A stretch of 64,000 nt of DNA from a virus: the IMG/VR virus record IMGVR_UViG_3300043449_001484, positions 3,996 to 67,995 of that record. One strand, 5' to 3'. Under the pieces are notes generated by a model. It was given only the letters and a program-made list of their open reading frames with translations. It made no database searches and was not told the DNA's origin. Position 1 is the stretch's first letter; every line of letters begins with the position of its first letter. A program made the position numbers and the translations under genes. Shown one piece after another: positions 1-7,234 of this stretch.

Positions 1-372
1 GCGGCCTGCCTAACGGCAAACCGAACGCGGTTATTTCGCTTGTACAAGGACTTTAAGGCATTGCGCACCGCGTCAGCCGCCTTCCCGCTGTCCACGACAA
101 AGTAGTCGTTTACGATCATCCGCTTAAACGGATATCGATACCGTCCAGAAGTTGTCATTCCAAGTACATGCTTTCTTGCTTTGATGCCCTCGTAAAGGGG
201 GCATTCGCTATCCCTTTCCCTGCTCATCTCCTTTCTCCTTTCGCGTCCAACAATTCAAAGCACTTTATAAAAGTACCCGTAAAAAATCAAGCTTTTCAGG
301 CATTTCTGCAAATTCCTAATAGAGGTACTTCTACAAAAAAAAAAAAAAAAAAAAAAAAAAATGTCCCGCGCG
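1..372. repeat. Wrap-around copy of 63629-64000 (circular genome, unit length 63,628 bp)
   Basis: gcggcctgcctaacggcaaa... at base 1 recurs at 63629 and matches to the window end, including the A27 tract. Confidence 0.97.
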
Positions 373-771
373 CGCACCCCGTAAATTTCACCATTGAAAT
401 TACACTACACACTTCTTCTTTTAACAACGTAATAAAAAAGTGGCGTAGATACTAGCTTATTACGGCATTACGTCTATTACGGTACTTTACTACACAAAAA
501 CAAAAATGATTTTTTCTTCGTAAAAGTACCTCTATTAGTACTAGCGTGTTGCCGTAATAACTGACATATCAAAAAAGAAACGTAATGCTCTCGAAATACC
601 CTCTTTTAAATTCACAAAGACCCTTCTTTCCCGTACATTATTAAACCACCCCCACAAAACCCCGGTCCGTGGTCCATGATCCGTGCTCCTTTCCCCTTGC
701 CCCAAAGTACCCACATACTTCCCGCCTAAATCAGGAAAGCCGGTTTGTGGGAGTTGTGGGGGTAGATGGGG
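228..771. promoter_or_regulatory. Long non-coding AT-rich region, putative replication origin or control region
   Basis: A27 at 335-361; 15-bp inverted repeat 316-330/524-538; ATTACG/CGTAAT copies in both orientations; hairpin 384-401; GC skew changes sign across this part of the circle. Confidence 0.5.
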
Positions 772-1104
772 TTAGTGCGGCAGGACGGTTTTGGTGATGA
801 CCTTTGCCATTTCGGCGAAGGTGATGGGGTCGATGGTTTCGCCGAAGATGAAGTCGTTGATGTTGTCGTAGTCGGCTTCTTTGATCGGTGAGCCGAGGAA
901 CACGTAGCGTTGTCCGGTGTTGGTGACGATGTAGAGCACTTGCACGGACGCGCCTGCGGGCTGTTTTAGGAGGCTTTGGAGGGCTTCTGAGAAGCTTTTC
1001 TCTTCTTCCTCCTCTACTTCCTCCATATCCCTCGGTAATCCCTTGTACGCGTCCATAGCGGCCTCCTGAGCCTGTTTCTGCCTCAATACTACCGTTGCTT
1101 GCAA
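772..1104 (-). CDS. Hypothetical protein (acidic)
   Basis: ORF in the tightly packed minus-strand early cluster; the real start may be the internal Met of MDAYKG. Confidence 0.65.
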   Translation of the reverse strand: MQATVVLRQKQAQEAAMDAYKGLPRDMEEVEEEEEKSFSEALQSLLKQPAGASVQVLYIVTNTGQRYVFLGSPIKEADYDNINDFIFGETIDPITFAEMAKVITKTVLPH

Positions 1105-1346
1105 AATGCGTTTTTAGCGGCCTGTAGGCCCTCTGTAGAGGTTCCTGTCCACCATTTGAGGCATGAGCCGTTTTGCTGGGCTTCTGCAAGGCCAGCGTTT
1201 TTGCCTGCACTGCGGGCGGCTTTGTAGGTGGATTCGAGGAGGTCTTGGCAGGCGTGGTCCGTGGTCCGTGTAGCGAGGCTCCAGCCCAGTACGGCCCCGA
1301 TCAGGGCGCATAGGAGGGAGAGGAAGAGGGTATCGGAGCGGGACAT
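1089..1346 (-). CDS. Hypothetical membrane-anchored protein
   Basis: N-terminal hydrophobic helix LFLSLLCALIGAVLGWSLA; abuts its neighbours. Confidence 0.65.
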   Translation of the reverse strand: MSRSDTLFLSLLCALIGAVLGWSLATRTTDHACQDLLESTYKAARSAGKNAGLAEAQQNGSCLKWWTGTSTEGLQAAKNAFCKQR

Positions 1347-1576
1347 TAGGGCACTTCCTTTTGGGTTTGTTTGAGGAGGTTTCGGATGTCTTCGATGGTC
1401 AAGAAGGTTTGGTCGTAGATTTTCAGGACCATTTGGGCGGAGACGAGTTGTGTGCCGCCTCGGATACGGGAGACGCTACCGATGGAGATTTCCATGCGGT
1501 CGGCGAGTTCCTTGTCGGACTCAACTTTGTAGAACTCCATGAGGTTATCGAGGAGTGGGTGGGGGTTTCGTTGCAT
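1346..1576 (-). CDS. XRE-type HTH DNA-binding protein (paralog 1)
   Basis: LLD...SDKELADRMEISIGSVSRIRGG HTH; paralogous to 5466-5699; start placed at MQRNPH because a small ORF ends at 1581. Confidence 0.75.
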   Translation of the reverse strand: MQRNPHPLLDNLMEFYKVESDKELADRMEISIGSVSRIRGGTQLVSAQMVLKIYDQTFLTIEDIRNLLKQTQKEVP

Positions 1577-1580
1577 GATA

Positions 1581-1694
1581 TTAGTTTTTTGCATAACACA
1601 GGGTCAGACAGATGGCGAGGGCGGCGAGGAGGAGCACCACGCCTGCACCGATAAGCATACCGCCTAAAAGGAGGATGAGGGTGAAGGTTTCCAT
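1581..1694 (-). CDS. Small membrane peptide (37 aa)
   Basis: Hand translation METFTLILLLGGMLIGAGVVLLLAALAICLTLCYAKN; fills the gap; below the ORF-track cutoff. Confidence 0.55.
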   Translation of the reverse strand: METFTLILLLGGMLIGAGVVLLLAALAICLTLCYAKN

Positions 1695-1707
1695 GGTCTG
1701 TCCCTAA

Positions 1708-1824
1708 TTAATTGAGTAGATAGGCGAGGATGAGGCCAGAGATGGCGGCGGTAATGATGATGGTCACGATTTCCTCCAGTAGTCCGTTGAATGGGTCGTC
1801 ATTGTCGAAGGGGTCTTGGTCCAT
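1708..1824 (-). CDS. Small membrane peptide (38 aa)
   Basis: Hand translation MDQDPFDNDDPFNGLLEEIVTIIITAAISGLILAYLLN; AGGAG RBS upstream. Confidence 0.55.
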   Translation of the reverse strand: MDQDPFDNDDPFNGLLEEIVTIIITAAISGLILAYLLN

Positions 1825-1826
1825 GG

Positions 1827-2003
1827 TCACTTCTCCTTGACGATAAGGTCGAATTTAGCTTTTATGTAATCTTCTAAGGGGATGTTGAGCTTCTCTGCGA
1901 TGGCTTGTTCACTGGGGAACAAGTCAAATTTCACGGTTTTGTCCTTTTTCTCGTTATCGCCATATTGAATGCGCACGGTGAGTGTTTTGTATTTCTTGTC
2001 CAT
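1827..2003 (-). CDS. 58-aa protein resembling the scaffold C-terminal capsid-binding motif
   Basis: Hand translation MDKKYKTLTVRIQYGDNEKKDKTVKFDLFPSEQAIAEKLNIPLEDYIKAKFDLIVKEK; AGGAG RBS upstream; similar to the end of 48422-49393. Confidence 0.7.
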   Translation of the reverse strand: MDKKYKTLTVRIQYGDNEKKDKTVKFDLFPSEQAIAEKLNIPLEDYIKAKFDLIVKEK

Positions 2004-2006
2004 GGC

Positions 2007-2282
2007 TCATTCTCCTTTCTCCACTTGATGCGGGTGGATGATGGTGTTGAGTTCGTTCTTCTCTTGGAGTTCCTTGATCCGTGAGTCGAGGGCCTTGCGC
2101 AGTGGATCGACGCACGTGGTGCACAGGTCCCAGTTGTGGGAGCCGGTTCTAAAGTTATTGGGCCGTGGGCGTGGGACACCGTAGTTCTCGTGGCCCGGGT
2201 CTTGATAAAGGATGAAGGATTCCTTGTGGATTAAGGAGCCACAGAAGTCGCAGTAGTGGGCGTATTTGACGTAGAGACTCAT
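2007..2282 (-). CDS. Hypothetical zinc-finger protein
   Basis: CDFC...CTTC pair. Confidence 0.65.
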   Translation of the reverse strand: MSLYVKYAHYCDFCGSLIHKESFILYQDPGHENYGVPRPRPNNFRTGSHNWDLCTTCVDPLRKALDSRIKELQEKNELNTIIHPHQVEKGE

Positions 2283-2524
2283 GCGGGCTCCTCCTCGGAG
2301 AGGTCGTTATTGTCGGGTTCGTCGTCGGGAATTTTGCCAGTGCGTTTCAGGACGGCGATGGCAAAGACCTTGGCGGCCATCAAATTGATGAACTCCTTGC
2401 CTTCAACAGAATACGTTTGAGTAGGTGGGTTGTAAGTGATGTGGATCAGTATTTCTCCGGTGGGAGAGACGTAGGAATGTTTCTCGTAGGAGAGTTCGGT
2501 CCAGAAGTAGTCGTCATAGGTCAT
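2279..2524 (-). CDS. Hypothetical protein
   Basis: Overlaps its neighbours at start/stop codons. Confidence 0.6.
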   Translation of the reverse strand: MTYDDYFWTELSYEKHSYVSPTGEILIHITYNPPTQTYSVEGKEFINLMAAKVFAIAVLKRTGKIPDDEPDNNDLSEEEPA

Positions 2525-2723
2525 ATTTCTCTTCTCTTTCCTTCATCATGGCGTCAGCTACTTTGTAAGCTAGATAAGCAGAAAACTCGGCGTGATCGAT
2601 ATTTTCTTCTTCGACTTTTTTGTTTATCACGGGGTCCACGATGATTGCTTGCAACACTTTGGCCGCGAAGTAATCCCGCAGGTCCATGCCTTGTTGGTTT
2701 GTACTATTGGGAAATGCTTTCAC
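2514..2723 (-). CDS. Conserved phage protein (GMxLRDYFAAK family)
   Basis: GMDLRDYFAAKVLQA...AYKVADAMMKER motif, common in proteobacterial phages. Confidence 0.75.
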   Translation of the reverse strand: MKAFPNSTNQQGMDLRDYFAAKVLQAIIVDPVINKKVEEENIDHAEFSAYLAYKVADAMMKEREEKYDL

Positions 2724-3444
2724 TTCTTTCTCCTTTTAGTTTGTAATCGTGGAAAACCACGCCCTTTGTTGCATCACCACGTTTATGGGGCTTCCTCCAA
2801 AACCGTTTGTCATTTCGCGTGACCCAGTGTCCACGGACCTCGTGCAGGCGTGGACTTGCATGGGTTCCGCCTAAGGATTCGCTCTTCTCTTTTCTTGGTT
2901 CAATGACCACGGTGTGCCAGTCAAACATCGGCAGTTTCTTTTGTCGTAGGCGTTTTGCGTGGTTTTTGCTGGGTATGGGCGTGTAAGCGGTGGATATTTT
3001 TTCGTTATTTAAATTACGTAAGAAGGTAGCAATGACTACGATGCTAATAGTTGACACTTCAATTGCAAGATTCGTTTTGTTTTTGTAGACGCGGCTATCC
3101 TCAAAAAAGATGGTTATACCGTCTGAAACGTCTTCTTCCATGGGATCAATACGAAACACGGGGTCCGTTTGTCCAAGACGATTGCCGTGTTCCTTCAGTG
3201 TATTGGCTGCTTTAATTAACCATTTTCCGTCTTGTTCTTGACTAATCAAAACCGCGTAGGTCTGGCCGTCCATATCGATCCCTGCTATGGCGCATTTTGG
3301 GAAAGGTAATGGTTGTTTTATCCAATACATGTTTTCTTCATGTACAGTATTTCGGCCATTATCCATATCTGCAACATCAAACCACCTGTAATCCGCCGCG
3401 AGGTCCGGGAAGAATGTCACTGCCTTAGTGATTAACGGAGTCAT
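2704..3444 (-). CDS. Conserved phage protein with C-terminal HASPRxHxxRGHW motif
   Basis: GGTHASPRLHEVRGHW...FWRKPHKRG; function unknown. Confidence 0.75.
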   Translation of the reverse strand: MTPLITKAVTFFPDLAADYRWFDVADMDNGRNTVHEENMYWIKQPLPFPKCAIAGIDMDGQTYAVLISQEQDGKWLIKAANTLKEHGNRLGQTDPVFRIDPMEEDVSDGITIFFEDSRVYKNKTNLAIEVSTISIVVIATFLRNLNNEKISTAYTPIPSKNHAKRLRQKKLPMFDWHTVVIEPRKEKSESLGGTHASPRLHEVRGHWVTRNDKRFWRKPHKRGDATKGVVFHDYKLKGERSESISQ

Positions 3445-3983
3445 GAGTTCTTCTGCCGCAGCTTGGCTTCGATGGCGACTGCAAACTCAAGAACAGGAAG
3501 GTGTCGTTTGTCTTTAGTTTCTTCCATAACTTTTAGCCAAATCTCTTGGCTCTCTCCATCAGCCGCTAGGCCTCTCCATTCTTTCTTTTCCTCTACTGTG
3601 TAATGTCCACGCTTCACAGCTTCAGCAATAAATTCATCGTCTGTCCATTCACGCTTTGGAGGATAAGTATAGAGTCGCGTGTTTTGCTTTAATTTCTTAC
3701 CCGCTTCAGTCCAGACAATATCGTTATTCTCACTGTCATAAACTACCCACGCGACTGGCTCCTCTGGATCTACAAGCATATCAATAGCACCGAGAATAGA
3801 GTTGCTAAGTGCCTTACGGATTAAAGAAAGCGTGTCGTCAATCATCTCGTCATAAACGCCGGGGTCAGTTTTCTTGATGACTTCCAAAGTCATCTTGGCA
3901 TCTTCTAACGCTTCGGTGTCTGCCATAACTGCCGAATATATCTGGTCAATGTCCGATCTTACTTCTGGCTTGTTCTCATCCAC
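3441..3983 (-). CDS. Modular hypothetical protein (EPVAW...LYT.PPKREW modules)
   Basis: Shares modules with 3976-4485; ends in AIEAKLRQKN. Confidence 0.7.
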   Translation of the reverse strand: MDENKPEVRSDIDQIYSAVMADTEALEDAKMTLEVIKKTDPGVYDEMIDDTLSLIRKALSNSILGAIDMLVDPEEPVAWVVYDSENNDIVWTEAGKKLKQNTRLYTYPPKREWTDDEFIAEAVKRGHYTVEEKKEWRGLAADGESQEIWLKVMEETKDKRHLPVLEFAVAIEAKLRQKNS

Positions 3984-4485
3984 GGTTCTTCTCCTTTATT
4001 TTCCCTCTTGCCCATACTGCGCCATTAAAAAACGACTCATCAAATACATGATGGTTGGCTTCGTTGCGTATTTCCTCATCTGTCAGCCCCTGCCATTCGC
4101 GCTGTGGTGGGGCGGTGTAGAGCGGCTTAACATCGCCTATTCGCTCACGTTCCTCCGGCTTGCGATGTGTAAACCTTTGCTCCATATACTGCGTAAACCA
4201 TAAGTAGCCATGCGGCTCCGGTTCAGGCTGCGCTAATGCTTCCACTATCTTCTGCGCGACAAACCCTTCCCAATGCTGACCGTTTGGCGGGGTTTCATCA
4301 GAACAAAGAATGTCGTACACAATCTTTTCCTTGCCCGTAAGTTCTTTCGGTTCAGGTGCGCTTAGTCTGGCGCGGAGCATTTTGACTAAATTGTCTTCAA
4401 GAGTGGTAACGTCTTCAGCTTCTTCTAAAAACAATTCAAACACTTCTAATAGCTGCTGCGCTTCCTCGCGGGTTAGTGTGATCAT
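3976..4485 (-). CDS. Modular hypothetical protein (AQPEPEP...LYTAPPQREWQGLTDEEI)
   Basis: Mosaic ORF type frequent in Burkholderiales phages. Confidence 0.7.
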   Translation of the reverse strand: MITLTREEAQQLLEVFELFLEEAEDVTTLEDNLVKMLRARLSAPEPKELTGKEKIVYDILCSDETPPNGQHWEGFVAQKIVEALAQPEPEPHGYLWFTQYMEQRFTHRKPEERERIGDVKPLYTAPPQREWQGLTDEEIRNEANHHVFDESFFNGAVWARGKIKEKNRG

Positions 4486-4721
4486 TTGCTTTCCTCATTC
4501 ATCTTATCTGCCACTCTGTGCGCCAATTCAATCAGTCCGTCCCATATCATTTTGCTGACAATCTTGTGGTGACATGGGCCACCAGAACTGCTGATGTATA
4601 TTTTGTCTTTGTCAAACCAGCCGTAAGACTCTTTGCCGTGCTTGTTGTCGGCGCGAATGACGCAAACCTCAAATCCGTCTGTTGTGTAACCACCTTTGGT
4701 GTGAACAATCCATTTACTCAT
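4482..4721 (-). CDS. Hypothetical protein
   Basis: Start placed at MSKWIV after an AGGAG RBS; the track ORF extends into the neighbouring gene. Confidence 0.6.
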   Translation of the reverse strand: MSKWIVHTKGGYTTDGFEVCVIRADNKHGKESYGWFDKDKIYISSSGGPCHHKIVSKMIWDGLIELAHRVADKMNEESK

Positions 4722-4758
4722 TGTTGTTCTCCTGTAGCTTCCTCGCTTGTGAGTGTAA

Positions 4759-4983
4759 TCATCCCTGCCCCCTTGCGCGGATAGCGGCAGCAATCCAACT
4801 AGCGGACACTTCCTCGCCGTCATACTCTTTATTCACTTCATCACACACCTTCGCGCACTCCTCACGCTCTGCTGCTGCGACTAAGGCTGCAAAGCGTTCT
4901 ATCTCTGGCATAAAGTCGCGGAAGATCCCCCAATCTTCACCACCTGCCTCCCGCGCCATGCGGATAATGTCATCGCGGGTCAT
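4759..4983 (-). CDS. Conserved small phage protein (MTRDDIIRMAREAG...EREECAKVC...AIRARG)
   Basis: Recognisable family motif; function unknown. Confidence 0.75.
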   Translation of the reverse strand: MTRDDIIRMAREAGGEDWGIFRDFMPEIERFAALVAAAEREECAKVCDEVNKEYDGEEVSASWIAAAIRARGQG

Positions 4984-5273
4984 GGGTTATCTGTATCAAT
5001 AAACGTAAACGCATCTGCTGGATATGCACGACGTTCTCCGTCGTCGTACACAATGTGGACCTCGCCACCTATGTATCCCCAGCACCCGAACATGGTCTTC
5101 TGACTAGGCGCACTGGCGGTGGCCATCTTCAACGGAATCTTAGACTTATCTGGGCAGTTATTTGCGTGCAGGACAATCTTGCCCCCGGCTTTATTGCGCA
5201 ACTCGAAATACTTCTCTGCGTGAGCCGTGGAGCATGTAACTAGAAGTAGGATCAATAGTTTATTCATTATCAT
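4980..5273 (-). CDS. Hypothetical secreted/periplasmic protein
   Basis: Signal peptide ending AHA; GCW motif. Confidence 0.65.
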   Translation of the reverse strand: MIMNKLLILLLVTCSTAHAEKYFELRNKAGGKIVLHANNCPDKSKIPLKMATASAPSQKTMFGCWGYIGGEVHIVYDDGERRAYPADAFTFIDTDNP

Positions 5274-5437
5274 CTCCGTGTCTCATCCAGAATTTGTTGC
5301 AGGCGCTCGACCTCTGCTTGGAGGCCCTTAATTCGTGATTCTTTCTCCTTGAGCGCTTCGACCCACGCGGTTAGGACGTGGAGTTGCTTCTCCATGAAGT
5401 CGAGATCGGCGGCCATTTTGGATAGTTTGTCGTTCAT
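5270..5437 (-). CDS. Small coiled-coil protein (55 aa)
   Basis: Hand translation MNDKLSKMAADLDFMEKQLHVLTAWVEALKEKESRIKGLQAEVERLQQILDETRR; AGGAG RBS. Confidence 0.6.
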   Translation of the reverse strand: MNDKLSKMAADLDFMEKQLHVLTAWVEALKEKESRIKGLQAEVERLQQILDETRR

Positions 5438-5465
5438 TACTTTCTCCTTTATCGGTATTACGGGG

Positions 5466-5699
5466 TTAGATGATGTCGTCTTTGGGACAGTAGGTTAGGA
5501 GTTCCTCGACGGGGACTTGAGTTAAGAGGTGGACTTTCAAGAGGAGGCGGGCGCTAACCTTGTTGGTGCCGTTGCGGATTTTGGAGATGCAGGAAGGTTG
5601 GACCTTTAAAACGGAGGCCAGTTCACCGTCTTCTTCCAAGGCAAAGAAGTCTTTGACGGCGTCCAAGAGAGCATGCTCATGGGTAATGGTGCGTGACAT
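5466..5699 (-). CDS. XRE-type HTH DNA-binding protein (paralog 2)
   Basis: LLDAV...DGELASVLKVQPSCISKIRNG...LLLKVH. Confidence 0.75.
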   Translation of the reverse strand: MSRTITHEHALLDAVKDFFALEEDGELASVLKVQPSCISKIRNGTNKVSARLLLKVHLLTQVPVEELLTYCPKDDII

Positions 5700-5708
5700 A
5701 GGATTCTC

Positions 5709-5870
5709 CTACCAGCGCGCGCTGCCGTGTGTGGCGGGCGTGGGCGTGGGGGGTGGATATTTGGCTTTGGTAACCAGTTTCCAACCGGGTTGCATGAATT
5801 TCAGGGCTTCATGTTTGTCCCAGAACTTGCGGAAGAGTTTGTTCTCCTCGTCGTAGACTTCGTAGCGCAT
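5709..5870 (-). CDS. Hypothetical protein
   Basis: Start placed at MRYEVYDE, coupled to the upstream stop codon. Confidence 0.55.
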   Translation of the reverse strand: MRYEVYDEENKLFRKFWDKHEALKFMQPGWKLVTKAKYPPPTPTPATHGSARW

Positions 5871-6121
5871 TAGATTTTCCTCTGGCAGGTGAAGGCTTGG
5901 TAGCCGACGCGGAAGGACTGGGCGTATTTGCAGTCGCTCGTGATCCGTGATTCGGTGTCCGTGGAGCCGACTATCATTCCGATGATTAAGGCGGCGAGTG
6001 GCCAGAAGGACTTGGACCAGATGATTTTTGCCCAAGCGAGGAGTTGTTTGGCGTCGAAGAAGTTTTCTTTGTTCACGTTATTGGTTCCTGAGTGTTTGTA
6101 TTTGAGCCAGTAGGCTTTCAT
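5870..6121 (-). CDS. Hypothetical membrane protein
   Basis: Hydrophobic segment FWPLAALIIGMIVG; C-terminal Cys pair. Confidence 0.6.
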   Translation of the reverse strand: MKAYWLKYKHSGTNNVNKENFFDAKQLLAWAKIIWSKSFWPLAALIIGMIVGSTDTESRITSDCKYAQSFRVGYQAFTCQRKI

Positions 6122-6290
6122 TTTCTTTCTCCAGTATTGCGCAGCGGTCTGCCAGCTCTGCCCACTTTAATTTGTAGACGTTTTGGTTGTCGATGATGTC
6201 GGCAGCGGTTCTTAGGATTGAACATACGGAATCATTGGTATGGTCTTCGATCCCGCTTGACACTTCGCGCAGTAGTTCAGTAAATCTCAT
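6078..6290 (-). CDS. Hypothetical coiled-coil protein
   Basis: Packed ORF with an ATGA-type overlap. Confidence 0.6.
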   Translation of the reverse strand: MRFTELLREVSSGIEDHTNDSVCSILRTAADIIDNQNVYKLKWAELADRCAILEKENESLLAQIQTLRNQ

Positions 6291-6547
6291 GTCAGGGCTC
6301 CGAGGAGGTTTTTGATGCGTTGACGGACGGTGGCCGTGGTCCGTGTAGCGCGAATCTGGCGTAGGTAATCGTTGCCGTCATGTGCGCAACCAGTGGCGAT
6401 ATACAGTTGTTTGTGCAGGGATTGGATTTCGCGAATGGCCATGTCACGCTGGCGTCGATAGCGCTCGGACAGTCGCTTCCAGTATTCAATGTTGTGCACT
6501 GAATTATTCATGCTTGCTCCTCCATGCCTGATAACGAAAGTAGTCAT
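6287..6547 (-). CDS. Hypothetical protein
   Basis: Packed ORF; likely start at MNNSVH. Confidence 0.55.
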   Translation of the reverse strand: MTTFVIRHGGASMNNSVHNIEYWKRLSERYRRQRDMAIREIQSLHKQLYIATGCAHDGNDYLRQIRATRTTATVRQRIKNLLGALT

Positions 6548-6767
6548 CGATGAAGTCGGGATTCAAGATCTCGTCCTCAAGCGCCAATACCTCCGGTTCT
6601 GAAAGTGCTGGGAGGATATTAACCCGGCGGCTTTTGCCTTGGGAAGAAGGAATGTTGATATAAACGCCCGTTATATCTAACTGGATGGGGATGTTGTGTT
6701 CATCGACGGGATCGAGAACATCGAAGTCCACTTCAACGTGGAGTTGGATTGTTAATTTGGTTTGCAA
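6504..6767 (-). CDS. Hypothetical protein
   Basis: AGGAG RBS; packed ORF. Confidence 0.6.
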   Translation of the reverse strand: MQTKLTIQLHVEVDFDVLDPVDEHNIPIQLDITGVYINIPSSQGKSRRVNILPALSEPEVLALEDEILNPDFIDDYFRYQAWRSKHE

Positions 6768-7086
6768 GTTCTTTCTCCTTTCTACGTGCTGCGATTTTTG
6801 CTCTGTATTCCTCTTCTTCGAGGCGGTTTTGGATGTCTTCAGCTTCGACTTTGGACAGAGTCTTTTTGAATGCTGCTTCGATCATCCGGTGGACGAAGTC
6901 CATCATGGAGGTTTCGTAATAGGCGGCGAGTTCTTTGGCCATGGCATGAGTCAAGGGCCGTAAATTCAGGACCTTGTATTGAAGCTTGCGCAGGGGCGAG
7001 CCGGGGCCGGGGGACTTGTACTTGCGCTTCCTGCCGCGTTTGCGGCTTTTCGGACGACCGACACGCTTTGGCTTGTATTCGGACAT
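6733..7086 (-). CDS. Putative DNA-binding protein (basic AT-hook-like N-terminus, possible ribbon-helix-helix)
   Basis: KRVGRPKSRKRGRKRK followed by strand-helix-helix; first gene after a promoter. Confidence 0.6.
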   Translation of the reverse strand: MSEYKPKRVGRPKSRKRGRKRKYKSPGPGSPLRKLQYKVLNLRPLTHAMAKELAAYYETSMMDFVHRMIEAAFKKTLSKVEAEDIQNRLEEEEYRAKIAARRKEKELANQINNPTPR

Positions 7087-7107
7087 ACTTTCTCCTTTCT
7101 GATCTGT

Positions 7108-7136
7108 ATAGTATACGACATCCGTGAAACTTACAA
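7108..7136 (-). promoter_or_regulatory. Sigma70-like promoter for the small-ORF cluster
   Basis: TTGTAA-N17-TACTAT on the minus strand. Confidence 0.55.
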
Positions 7137-7152
7137 GGACTTTTTATTCTCG

Positions 7153-7182
7153 AAAAACGGGGCCCATGTTGCCATAGGCCCC
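7153..7182 (-). terminator. Intrinsic terminator after polA
   Basis: GGGGCC...GGCCCC hairpin followed by GTTTTT on the minus strand. Confidence 0.65.
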
Positions 7183-7234
7183 CAAATCCCACCAAGGAGC
7201 GCGGGGAGAAAACTCTTAACCCCCCGCAAAACCA

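Noticed and set aside
168-455. Plus-strand ORF with poly-Lys
   Set aside because: Product of the A27 tract in a non-coding region, antisense to a real gene
7200-7227. Second hairpin (GCGGGG...CCCCGC) after polA as an ncRNA
   Set aside because: A single hairpin with no further support; may simply stabilise the mRNA 3' end
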